Shown: positions 27,769 through 36,745 of the stretch, piece after piece | How the letters are laid out: each line of letters starts with the position of its first letter | Position numbering within the stretch: position 1 is the stretch's first letter | Origin: Myxococcota bacterium | GTDB lineage: Bacteria > Myxococcota_A > UBA9160 > UBA6930 | Direction of reading: 5' to 3' | Assembly: GCA_965223415.1 (NCBI GenBank) | Contig: OZ245002.1 | Span: forward strand, 1,152,001-1,216,000 | Length of the DNA stretch: 64,000 bases | Translations under genes and position numbers: made by a program | The notes under the pieces: model-generated | The model's database searches: none | What the model was told of the DNA's origin: nothing | Seen by the model: the letters and a program-made list of their open reading frames with translations, nothing else

Positions 27769-28773
27769 TCAAGGAGACGCGGGCTCGGGATAGCTCTCGT
27801 TGCGTACGGCGTAGGCCAGCGAGAGGGGAAGGATGAAGCCGGTCAACGCGATCGCGTTCTGGGGCGAGCGGCCGCCGGTGACGAACTCGAAGACCGTGAT
27901 CAGCACCGGCAGGGCCAGGGCGGCGGCGCAGCCGAGGGCCACGGTGCGCAGCCGCTCGCGGACCTCCGCGCCGAGAGGACGGCGGTAGCGCTCGATCTCC
28001 GAGACGAGGAGCATCGCCATCGCAGCGCCGAGCGCGCTCACCGCGAGCAGGTGGGTCGTGGTGTAGACCGCCGGTGTCCCGAGGCCCCACTGGCAGGCCA
28101 GGGCGAGACCCCCACAGAGCACGTAGGGAAGCGTGACCAGCCAGGGATGTCGGCGCACCGACCGCAGCCGCGTGGGGAAGCCCATCGCCATGTGGAGCGC
28201 GCAAGCGGGAAGCAGGGTCTCCGCCAGGGCGTGCAGGCGGAACAGCTTGTAGGGACCGTAGAGGTCCATCGCCGTGAGGGCCCACACCGAGGCCACGATG
28301 AGCGCCGGTGCCACCGCCAGCGCGGAGCCGTTGCGGTGACGCGCTCCGAGGGCGACCAGGGCGGCGATGCCGAGGGCGATTCCGTTCAGCAGGTACAGGC
28401 CGTGGAGGAGCGTCGCATCCCGCCAGCCGAAGGCCCGCGTGGCGACGCTGCGCTCGAAGACGCCTTCGCTGCCCCGGAAGGTGTAGGTGAGCTCGGTGCC
28501 GACCGGCAGGGCGGAAACGATCTCCATCACGTCGTCGACGTGGCCGACGCGCTCGCCGCCGACCGCCCGGATGTCGTGCTGGTAGATCTCGCCGCCGTGG
28601 GTCGCCGGCCAGATCGAGAGCCCGACGGAGGCCACGACGCGGTTCTCGAGCACCAGGAAGCCCGGGAAGGGCTTCCCGACCTGGGAGAGGGCGCCGGACC
28701 CGCCGACCCATCCCACCAGGAGCAGCAGGACGGCGACGGCGAGTCGCAGCGGATCGTGGAAGAAGGAGCGCAT
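27769..28773 (-). CDS. Integral membrane protein; sensor-only paralogue of the 30399-32924 kinase input region
   Basis: Shares LENRVVAS.GL..WPA..GGEI.QH, TAMDLYG.Y.LFRLHA and PL...YAV with the kinase but has no signalling domain. Confidence 0.8.
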   Translation of the reverse strand: MRSFFHDPLRLAVAVLLLLVGWVGGSGALSQVGKPFPGFLVLENRVVASVGLSIWPATHGGEIYQHDIRAVGGERVGHVDDVMEIVSALPVGTELTYTFRGSEGVFERSVATRAFGWRDATLLHGLYLLNGIALGIAALVALGARHRNGSALAVAPALIVASVWALTAMDLYGPYKLFRLHALAETLLPACALHMAMGFPTRLRSVRRHPWLVTLPYVLCGGLALACQWGLGTPAVYTTTHLLAVSALGAAMAMLLVSEIERYRRPLGAEVRERLRTVALGCAAALALPVLITVFEFVTGGRSPQNAIALTGFILPLSLAYAVRNESYPEPASP

Positions 28774-28783
28774 GCAGGGGCCG

Positions 28784-30148
28784 CTACTGGAGGATGGCCG
28801 TCGCGGTGGCACCATCACCTGCGGTGACGGTGACCTGGAGACCGTTCAGGTCGTCCTGGCTCGGGTGTTTGAACTCGAAGCGGCTCTTCCTGGCGTTCCA
28901 GGTCATGACGGATTCGGGGAGGCCCTCACCGCTCGCCACGAGCTTCGCCGAAGGATCGGAGGCGGTAGCGTGGACGACGACCCTCTCCTTGCGGTCCTGG
29001 TACACGGCCTTGATGATGGCGATCTCGGTGGTCGGAGCCGCCGCCGTCTCCTCGGTCACGGTCGTCTCCGCGGCGCGGAGCACCACCTCGTCCTCTCCGG
29101 CAACGATGGTCTTCATGGCGTCGACCGTGGCGTTTTCGGTGTGGTAGAGCGTCGCGCCGAAGGTGACGGCCGCCATCTCCTCGGGCTCGATCGGCGTCTG
29201 GCTCACCTCCGAGGTGGCGGCGAGATCGACCACCCGCGGTCCCGGAGTCACCTGATCGGGTACGGAGATCGCCACGACCAGCAGGTCGTGATCGACGTGG
29301 AACGAGCCGTCCGGATGGAAGCCTTCGCTCACCTCGTGGCTGCCGCCGATCTCGTGGGCCGCCGCGTAGGTGTGGAACTCGTGGCGCCAGTAGGTGAGCA
29401 GATCGCTCTCCTTGGCCGGATCCCAGGCCTGGGCGACCTGGGAGTTGTAGACCTCGCCGCTCAGGCCCGCATCGTCCTCGACGGTCCAGCCGTAGTAGCT
29501 GCCCCACTCGCGGGCGGTCGAGTCGTCCACGGTGAGGGTGAACAGCGTGAGGTCGACACCGTCCCGGTTGTAGAAGACCACGTCCCCCGCGCCGAAGCGG
29601 AGCGGCCAGTCGGCGAAGCTCATGGCGAACTGGGTCGGGTCGAGGACGTTCCGAAGGTCGAAGGGCACGAGGATCGTGCCGCCGGCGCTCACCGCGACCA
29701 CCAGGTTCTCCATGAGCATCACGGAATCACCGGCGGGGATCACCCGGGGCAGGGCCATGGCGGTGAAGAGGCTGCGGTCGTAGACCACCGATCCGCCCCG
29801 CTCGCTGCCCTCGACCTCGGTGACGTGCACCTCGACCGGGCCCACCGGCACCATCGACGGCATCTCGACCCGGAGCTGCGTCTTGCTGTCCGCGACGACG
29901 TTCGCGCGGGGTGTGAGCCAGCCTGGCGTGCCGAAGGATACCTCGTAGGTCGCGCCGACGCCGAACTCGTCCTTCTGGGCATTGATCAGCAGTGTCTGTC
30001 CCGCCGAGGCGAAGGGGGGCATGATCGGCGCCCAGGCCGGCGGGGGGTGATCGCAGCCACAGCCGGCCTGGACCGGCGTGGGACTCGGCACCAGCGTCAG
30101 CAGGGCGAATGCGGCCGTGAGAGCGAGGAAGCGGGTGACAGCGGTCAT
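28784..30148 (-). CDS. Secreted hypothetical protein with N-terminal GCGCDHPPP motif
   Basis: Signal peptide MTAVTRFLALTAAFALLTLVPSPTPVQA; beta-rich sequence; His-rich YWRHEFHTYAAAH...HPDGSFHVDHD; strong codon bias. Confidence 0.82.
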   Translation of the reverse strand: MTAVTRFLALTAAFALLTLVPSPTPVQAGCGCDHPPPAWAPIMPPFASAGQTLLINAQKDEFGVGATYEVSFGTPGWLTPRANVVADSKTQLRVEMPSMVPVGPVEVHVTEVEGSERGGSVVYDRSLFTAMALPRVIPAGDSVMLMENLVVAVSAGGTILVPFDLRNVLDPTQFAMSFADWPLRFGAGDVVFYNRDGVDLTLFTLTVDDSTAREWGSYYGWTVEDDAGLSGEVYNSQVAQAWDPAKESDLLTYWRHEFHTYAAAHEIGGSHEVSEGFHPDGSFHVDHDLLVVAISVPDQVTPGPRVVDLAATSEVSQTPIEPEEMAAVTFGATLYHTENATVDAMKTIVAGEDEVVLRAAETTVTEETAAAPTTEIAIIKAVYQDRKERVVVHATASDPSAKLVASGEGLPESVMTWNARKSRFEFKHPSQDDLNGLQVTVTAGDGATATAILQ

Positions 30149-30195
30149 GGGGGTCCCTTCGATCGAAGAGGCGTTTCCGATCCGGCCCCGGATAG

Positions 30196-30211
30196 AGCAA
30201 GCGCCATGCCA
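30196..30211 (-). promoter_or_regulatory. sigma54 -24/-12 promoter
   Basis: TGGCATGGCGCTTGCT fits TGGCAY-N5-TTGCW; about 48 nt upstream of ATG 30148. Confidence 0.8.
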
Positions 30212-30351
30212 TGGGCAGGAGCGGTCGCAAGGCCGCGGGATCCGGCGCTTCGTGGCGAGGAGCCGGCAGCGGCTCCAGTGACGCCGCCAGTCTCCTGCGC
30301 GCGCTCGGGCACGCAGCTTCGCTGGAAAGGGCGGACGCGCGCAGGGCATTC

Positions 30352-30394
30352 GCGAGCGACAACGACGTTGGCGGCTGCGAACGACAACGACGTT
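30352..30394. repeat. 18-bp direct repeat, probable enhancer (UAS) for a sigma54 activator
   Basis: GCGAGCGACAACGACGTT (30352-69) and GCGAACGACAACGACGTT (30377-94), 25-bp period. Confidence 0.65.
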
Positions 30395-30398
30395 TTCG

Positions 30399-32924
30399 CT
30401 AGGCGTCCCCGTTCGCGAGCTGGGAGCGCACCGGCAGCTCCACGCGGAAGCAGCTGCCCTCGCCGGGCGTGCTGGCCACCTCCAGGCGCCCGCCGTGGCG
30501 GCTCACCACCCCGTAGGAGATGGAGAGCCCCAGGCCGGTGCCCTTGCCCACTTCCTTGGTGGTAAAGAAGGGCTCGTAGATGCGCTCCACCACCTCGTCG
30601 GGGATGCCGCAGCCGTCGTCCTCCACCTCCACGAAGACGCGTTCGCCGTCCGCCGGGCCGATCCGCACGGTGATGCGGCCGGCTTCGCCGACCGCATCGG
30701 CGGCGTTGGCGAGGAGGTTCATCAGCACCTGCCCGATCTGGCCCTCGAGGCACTCGACGGGCGGCACGTCAGCGTACTTGCGCACCACCTCGATGCCCGT
30801 GAGCCGGCCGCGCAGCAGGTTCAGGGTGGCGTCCAAGGCCTCCGCCAGGTCGACGTCGGAGAGCTCACCGGCGTCGGTGCGCGAGAAGCTGCGAAGATCG
30901 CGCACGATGCGGGTGGCGCGTTCGACGCCCTCGTCGCAGCCCTCGAAGACCGAGCCCAGGTCTTCCAGTACGAAGTCGAGATCGTGGTGCTCTCGAATCT
31001 CCCGGACGCGGGTCTGCAGCTCCGGCCGCTCCTCCTTCACCGCCTCCTGCACGTCCTGGAAGGCGCCGCGCAGCTCCTCGGCGTAGCCGCGCAGGTGATG
31101 GAGGTTGCCCTCGATGAAGTTCAGCGGGTTGTTGATCTCGTGGGCGACGCCGGCCACCAGCTCGCCGACCGAGGCCATCTTCTCCTGGTGGACCATCTGC
31201 CGCTGGGTCTCCTGGAGCTCCTCCAGGGTGCGGGCCAGCTCGGCGGTGCGCTCGTCCACCTTGGCCTCGAGGTTGCGGTTCAGGTCCTGCAGGGCGTCGA
31301 GCGCGAGGGCGTTCTCGAAGGCGATCGCGCCCTGGTTGGCGAGCACGTGGAGCAGCCGCCGATCCTCGCCGCCGTAGAAAGCGCCGGAGCCGCGTCGGCC
31401 AAGCACCATCAGCGCGACCGGCCGGCCCTCCACGGCGAAGGCCACCGCCAGCCCGCCGCCGGGGAGATCGAAGACCTCCTCCAGACGCCCGGCCTCGATC
31501 TCCCGGGCGACGTCTTCGGGCACCGCAGAGCGCAGCAGCTCGGGAGCGAAGGACCGGGCCTGGGCCCCGCGAATCACGAAGCCGACCTGCTCGGGCTGGA
31601 GGGCCGCCACGACGGCCTCGCGGATGCGGCGCTCGATCTGGTCGAGATCCGTCACGGACGCCAGCTCGCTGCTCGTCGCCTCGACCAGGCGGCGGAAGTC
31701 GTAGGTGCTGCGGAAGAACACTCGGTCGATGCCGGACTGGACGCGATCGCGCAGCGGAAGGAGCAGGAGCACCGACACGCCGGCGAAGAGCCCGCTCCGG
31801 GCTCCCAGAGCGGAGGCGTCAGTGGAGGCGAAGAGCGATTCCATGGCGATGGCGGTGAGCGAGTAGATCCCCGCCAGGGCGACGGTGAGCGCGGCGTAGC
31901 CGAAGGTGCGCCGGACGAGGATGTCGACATCGAGCAGGTTCTGGCGGAGCACCGCGTAGCCGATCGCCAGCGGGTAGAGGAATACCGTGAGAGCCGCGGC
32001 GCTCTCCGAAGCCTGGCCGCCGCTCGCCGCCGATCCCAGGTTGAGGAGCACCGGCGGCCCGAGCGCGGCGAAAGTGCCGATGGCGAGCACCTTCACCCGC
32101 TGGCGGGCCTCGAAGCTCACCGGGCGAACCCAGGCGTGCACCTGGGCCACGAGCATGGCGACGAGACCGGCGCCGAAGCCGGCTACCGCCGCCCGGTGCG
32201 TGAGCGTGTAGACGGGCGGATCGTGCAGGCCGATCTGGTTCGCCACCGCGAGGAGACCCGACGTGGCGTACACCGCTGGCAGGACCCACCGCCGCTTCAG
32301 GATCGAGCGCGGATTCGGGAAGACCAGGGCGGCGTGCACGGTGGCGGCGAACAGGAAGCACTCGAAGACTGCGTGAAGCCGAAAGAGGTGATAGTCGCCG
32401 TAGAGATCCATCGCCGTCGTGGCGAACATGCCGCTGATCCACAGGGGCCAGGCGATGCCGCCGGCGGCCCGGGCCTCGCCTCCGCGCAGCCAGCGGATCG
32501 TGAGGGCGACGCCGCCCAGGCTCAGCCCGCACAGCAGGAACGCGCCGAAGAGCAGCACGTAGTCGGTGCGGGTGAACAGGCGCGTCTCGACGATACGTCC
32601 ATGCACCGGGCCCTCGCCGGAGCGGAAGCGCATGGGCACCGGAGAGCCCACCGGCAGCCCGCGGACGTGGCGGCGGAGCCGCCGGGCCTCGAGGAGCGGC
32701 TCTCCGTCCACGGCGACCAGCTCGTGCTGGAAGATCTCGCCGCCGGCGATGGCCGGCCAGTGGGCGAGCCCGGCCGAGGCGACGACCCGGTTCTCCAGGA
32801 GCAGGAGCCCCGAGAACGGCCGGTCCACGAATTCGAGGGACGAGCGGATTCCGACGACCGTCGCGAGAAGCCACAGGGCCGCTCCGACCCACAGGACCCC
32901 GTCCCTCGCCCCACGCGCCGCCAT
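30399..32924 (-). CDS. Sensor histidine kinase (PDZ-like periplasmic domain, multi-TM, GAF, NtrB-type HisKA/HATPase)
   Basis: EKMASVGELVAGVAHEINNPLNF, QVLMNLLANAADA, DDGCGI, EPFFTTKEVGKGTGLGLS. Confidence 0.92.
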   Translation of the reverse strand: MAARGARDGVLWVGAALWLLATVVGIRSSLEFVDRPFSGLLLLENRVVASAGLAHWPAIAGGEIFQHELVAVDGEPLLEARRLRRHVRGLPVGSPVPMRFRSGEGPVHGRIVETRLFTRTDYVLLFGAFLLCGLSLGGVALTIRWLRGGEARAAGGIAWPLWISGMFATTAMDLYGDYHLFRLHAVFECFLFAATVHAALVFPNPRSILKRRWVLPAVYATSGLLAVANQIGLHDPPVYTLTHRAAVAGFGAGLVAMLVAQVHAWVRPVSFEARQRVKVLAIGTFAALGPPVLLNLGSAASGGQASESAAALTVFLYPLAIGYAVLRQNLLDVDILVRRTFGYAALTVALAGIYSLTAIAMESLFASTDASALGARSGLFAGVSVLLLLPLRDRVQSGIDRVFFRSTYDFRRLVEATSSELASVTDLDQIERRIREAVVAALQPEQVGFVIRGAQARSFAPELLRSAVPEDVAREIEAGRLEEVFDLPGGGLAVAFAVEGRPVALMVLGRRGSGAFYGGEDRRLLHVLANQGAIAFENALALDALQDLNRNLEAKVDERTAELARTLEELQETQRQMVHQEKMASVGELVAGVAHEINNPLNFIEGNLHHLRGYAEELRGAFQDVQEAVKEERPELQTRVREIREHHDLDFVLEDLGSVFEGCDEGVERATRIVRDLRSFSRTDAGELSDVDLAEALDATLNLLRGRLTGIEVVRKYADVPPVECLEGQIGQVLMNLLANAADAVGEAGRITVRIGPADGERVFVEVEDDGCGIPDEVVERIYEPFFTTKEVGKGTGLGLSISYGVVSRHGGRLEVASTPGEGSCFRVELPVRSQLANGDA

Positions 32925-32991
32925 CGTTAGCGGTTTCGGACGATTGCGCCCCCGACTCAAGCCACACCTGCACACGGACGATGGGCCCCCG

Positions 32992-34527
32992 GTGGGTCGC
33001 TTGACCGCCGTCTTCGCCTCGGCCCTGGCCTACGGCGCGCTGTGCTTTCCGCCGTGGTCCTTCGACGGGCTGGCGTGGGTCGTACTCGTGCCCCTGCTCC
33101 TGGTGCTGCGCGGGCTCGAGCCGCGGAAGGCCTTCGTGTGGGCCGCGGGTTGGGGCTATCTCGCGACGGTCTCCGTAATCGCATGGCTGATGCCCACCCT
33201 CACGGGCCACTTCGAGTGGTCCGAGCCGCGGGGCCTGGGCTTCCTGGTGGCCTTCGCCGTGGTCGCTGCCGCTCCCTTCTACGGCGCGGGGGGCGCACTC
33301 TACGCGGCCGGCGCACGGGGCCGGGGCCCCCTGCTGGGCGCCCTCCTGTTCGCGGCCTGCTGGGTGGCGGGCGAGCTGGCGCGCACGCACCTGGGCTTCC
33401 GCACGCCCTGGGCGTTGCTAGGCGACACCCAGGCGGAGGCGGTGCGCATCCGCCAGCTGGCGGACCTCGGGGGCGTCTACGCGGTGACGGCGCTGGTGGC
33501 CTTCGCCAACGGGTGTGTGGCCGAGATCGTTCTCGCCGCCTGGCGCCTCCTGCGCCGCGACCGATCCCAGCTCGTTCACGCGCGGCGCGCGCTGGTGGGT
33601 CTCGCCGTCGTGCTGCTCGCCGCGACCGTCTACGGCGAGGTGCAGCGGCGGCGCTTCGCGCCTCGCGAAGGCCAGTTCGTCGTCGCCATCGTCCAGGGAA
33701 ACGTGCCGCCCCAGCTGCGCTGGCGAAGCGGAATGGCCGGCCACGTGGTCCGCCGCTACGGCAGCCTCACCCGCGATCTCCTCCTCGGCCGCGTGAAGCA
33801 GGACCCGCAGCTCATCCTCTGGCCGGAGAACGCGATCCAGACGCCCCTCGACCACCCGACCTACGGCGCCGCCGTGCGACGGGTCGCGGCCCGAACGCCG
33901 GTCCTGCTGGGCGCTCCGCGCAACGAGGAGCGGGACGGCCGCCGGATCGCCTACAACAGCGCGCTGCTGGTCGACGGCCACGGCCTCGTCGGCGCCTACG
34001 ACAAGCGCCGGCTGCTTCCCTTCAGCGAGACGCGCCCGCTCGGCGGCTGGCTCCAGCTCGGCGAGCGGGGCGACCTGGATGCCGGCGAGTACGCGCCCGG
34101 TTCCTCGGCGGGCGTCTTCCAGGTCGGCGCCGAGACCGTGGGCGTGCTCATCTGCATGGAGGGTCTCTACCCGGAGCTCTCGCGCGAGGCGGTGCGCGCC
34201 GGCGCCAGCGTGCTCGTGAACCTGTCGAACGATGGCTGGTACCGCGGGCTCGGAGGGGCCGAGCAGCACCTGCACCAGGTGGTGTTCCGCGCCATCGAGA
34301 ACAGGCGTCCGCTCCTGCGGGCGACGACCACCGGCATCTCTGCGGTCGTGGGCCCGGACGGGACCATCGTGGCGAGCCTTCCCGAGGACCGGACGGCCGT
34401 GCTCGAGCAGGCCGTGCCCGAGGCGCCGAACGAGCTCTCGCCCTACGGGCGGGTGGGCGACCTGTTCGCCTGGTCCTGTGTGGCGTGGGCAGCGCTGTGC
34501 GTGCGAGGGGGAAGCGGCCGCAACTGA
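32992..34527 (+). CDS. lnt: Apolipoprotein N-acyltransferase family protein
   Basis: N-terminal TMs; IVQGNV, LWPEN, YNSA, YDKRRLLPFSE, LICME, NLSNDGWY, FRAIENRRPLLRATTTGIS (E-K-C triad). Confidence 0.88.
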   Translation: MGRLTAVFASALAYGALCFPPWSFDGLAWVVLVPLLLVLRGLEPRKAFVWAAGWGYLATVSVIAWLMPTLTGHFEWSEPRGLGFLVAFAVVAAAPFYGAGGALYAAGARGRGPLLGALLFAACWVAGELARTHLGFRTPWALLGDTQAEAVRIRQLADLGGVYAVTALVAFANGCVAEIVLAAWRLLRRDRSQLVHARRALVGLAVVLLAATVYGEVQRRRFAPREGQFVVAIVQGNVPPQLRWRSGMAGHVVRRYGSLTRDLLLGRVKQDPQLILWPENAIQTPLDHPTYGAAVRRVAARTPVLLGAPRNEERDGRRIAYNSALLVDGHGLVGAYDKRRLLPFSETRPLGGWLQLGERGDLDAGEYAPGSSAGVFQVGAETVGVLICMEGLYPELSREAVRAGASVLVNLSNDGWYRGLGGAEQHLHQVVFRAIENRRPLLRATTTGISAVVGPDGTIVASLPEDRTAVLEQAVPEAPNELSPYGRVGDLFAWSCVAWAALCVRGGSGRN

Positions 34528-34592
34528 GCCCGCGGTACCCTCGACGCGCCGGGCGCGCCTTCGCGCGGCCGCCGAAGGAGAGAGGCCGCGCT

Positions 34593-35786
34593 TTGACTTC
34601 CTGGCTGGCCGAGGACCCCTCGCGCATCGATCTCGGGCAGGCGATCCGCACCCTCTCCTTCGAGAGCCCGACGGGCGCGCCTGGCGCCGCCGGCGAGGCC
34701 TTCGGCGGACGCAAGGGCGCACCGAACAAGCTGCTCGCCCCCGGCGAGCGGGTGGTGCTGGGCGACGTGGAAGGCCCGGGCACGATCCGCCACGTCTGGA
34801 TGACCTTTCCGCCGATGCCGCCGGAGGACATGCGCGCCCTCTGGATGGAGATCACCTGGGACGAGGCGCCGGGGCCGAGCGTCTCGGTCCCGTGCCTGGA
34901 CTTCTTCGGCCTGCCCCACGGACGGCCGGCGCCCCTCGCCTCGGCCCTGGTCGCCGCCCAGGAGGGGCGCGGCTTCAACGCCTGGATCCCGATGCCGTTC
35001 CGGCGCCGCGCGCGCATCGAGCTCACCAACGGCTCGAAGCGCCGCTTCCCGCTCTACTACCAGATCGCCTACACGCTCGGTGCGGTGGCCGAGGACGCAG
35101 GCCTGCTGCACGCGACCTTCCGGCGCGAGAACCCGACCCGGCTGGCCCGCGACTTCAGCATCGCCGAAGGCCTGGAAGGGCCGGGCCGCTTCCTCGGCTG
35201 CAACATCGGCCTGCGCATCCTGCACGAGGAGGGCTTCTCCTGGTACGGAGAGGGTGAGGTGAAGATGTACGTCGACGGCGACGACGCGCTCCCCACCTGG
35301 TGCGGAACCGGCCTCGAGGACTACGTGGGCACCGCCTGGGGCATGGGCGAGCACCAGGTGCCGCTGCAGGGCGTGCCCCTGAGCCTCTCGGACCCGACGG
35401 CCGGCCGTCCCATGCCCGACTTCGTGAGCTTCTACCGCTGGCACCTGCCGGACCCGATCGTGTTCCGCGAGCGGCTGCGCGTGACCCTCCAGCAGATCGG
35501 CGCGGTCCCGGTCCCCCGCGGCCAGAGCGCGCTCCGCGAACGCCTCGACGCGGCGGGCCGCATCGCCGGCAGCGGCTGGCTCGAGCTCGGCCCGGACGGC
35601 CCCCTGGAGGCCTTCGGCATCTGCGAGCGCCAGGACGACGTCTGCGCCACCGCCTACCTCTACGCCCGCACGCCCCAGCCCGTCCCCAGGCTCGACCTCC
35701 CCGGCGCCCTCGCCGACATCCAGCGCCGCCCCTACGAGCACCCCAGCGACTTCGAACGCGCCCTCGCCCCCGTCGTATCCCGCTAG
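34593..35786 (+). CDS. DUF2961 / glycoside hydrolase family 172-like protein
   Basis: SFESPTG, GPGTIRHVWMT, PMPFRRRARI, WYGEGEVKMYVDGD, CGTGLEDY, FYRWHLPDPI. TTG start after AGGAG. Confidence 0.85.
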   Translation: MTSWLAEDPSRIDLGQAIRTLSFESPTGAPGAAGEAFGGRKGAPNKLLAPGERVVLGDVEGPGTIRHVWMTFPPMPPEDMRALWMEITWDEAPGPSVSVPCLDFFGLPHGRPAPLASALVAAQEGRGFNAWIPMPFRRRARIELTNGSKRRFPLYYQIAYTLGAVAEDAGLLHATFRRENPTRLARDFSIAEGLEGPGRFLGCNIGLRILHEEGFSWYGEGEVKMYVDGDDALPTWCGTGLEDYVGTAWGMGEHQVPLQGVPLSLSDPTAGRPMPDFVSFYRWHLPDPIVFRERLRVTLQQIGAVPVPRGQSALRERLDAAGRIAGSGWLELGPDGPLEAFGICERQDDVCATAYLYARTPQPVPRLDLPGALADIQRRPYEHPSDFERALAPVVSR

Positions 35787-35841
35787 CCGTTAAGAGAGGG
35801 GCCGGTTCCGTTTGTTGAGTTCCCCACGGGGCCCAGCCCGG

Positions 35842-36615
35842 TCAGGCCATGATGAGGCCGCCGTTGGGCGAGATCCACTGGCCGGTGATGAAGCTGCTCT
35901 CGTCGCTGGCGAGAAAGACGGCCGTGTTCGCAATGTCCTCGGGCTCGCCCAGGCGCTGGAGCGGGGCCGCCGCAGCGAGGTTCTTGCGGATCGGCTCGGC
36001 GAGCTGCTGGGTCATCGGCGTGTCGATCGCCCCGGGGCAGATGGCGTTCACCCGGATCCCCCTGGGGCCAAGCTCTCGGGCACAGGAGCGGGTCAGCCCG
36101 ATCACGGCGGACTTCGAGGCGGCGTAGTGGGGCCCACCTTGTTGCGAAATCCCCGCGATACTCGACATGTTGATGATCGAACCGCCGCGCTCCTCCCGGA
36201 GCATTCGGTTCGCGGCCTCGCGAGAGCACAGGAACACGCCGGTCACGTTGATGGCCATCACCCGCTCGAAGGCCTCTGCGCTCATGTGTACGAGCTGCTG
36301 GCCCGTCTTCATGAGCTGGTCGAAGCCGTCTCCGGGCCAGCGATCGACGCCCGCGTTGTTCACGAGGACGTCGAGCCGGCCGTGGGCGCGGTCCGCCTCC
36401 TCGAAGAGGGCGACGACGCTGCCCTCGTCGGCCACGTCCCCCTCCACGGCCCGGTGGCCGCCGCCCGAGAGGCTCTTCACGGTCTCCTCGGCGGTCTCCC
36501 CCCGAAGGTCACTGACCACCAGGTGAGCGCCCTCCGCGGCGTAGGCGCGGGCGATCGCCCGGCCCAGGCCCGACCCCCCACCGGTGACCAGCGCGACGCG
36601 ACCTTCCAATCTCAT
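35842..36615 (-). CDS. SDR family oxidoreductase
   Basis: TGGGSGLG, NNAG, YAASK, RVNAICPG. Confidence 0.95.
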   Translation of the reverse strand: MRLEGRVALVTGGGSGLGRAIARAYAAEGAHLVVSDLRGETAEETVKSLSGGGHRAVEGDVADEGSVVALFEEADRAHGRLDVLVNNAGVDRWPGDGFDQLMKTGQQLVHMSAEAFERVMAINVTGVFLCSREAANRMLREERGGSIINMSSIAGISQQGGPHYAASKSAVIGLTRSCARELGPRGIRVNAICPGAIDTPMTQQLAEPIRKNLAAAAPLQRLGEPEDIANTAVFLASDESSFITGQWISPNGGLIMA

Positions 36616-36745
36616 GTCATCTCCCTGCCTGGGCCCCCGCCCCGTGGTAGCATGAGCCGCCGCTGAAACGCATCGGGCTCGACCGGCATCTTCCCATTGC
36701 GTTTCCCGTGCTGCTCCACATCCATTCATCCACGAGGAGGATGCA

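Noticed and set aside
33042..34592. Lnt-GH172 fusion suggested by the 914-aa ORF
   Set aside because: The upstream part is an off-frame read of lnt; the GH172-like gene has its own RBS and TTG at 34593.
36683..36701. sigma54 promoter before the DUF1329 gene
   Set aside because: GG-to-GC spacing is 12 nt rather than the required 10.
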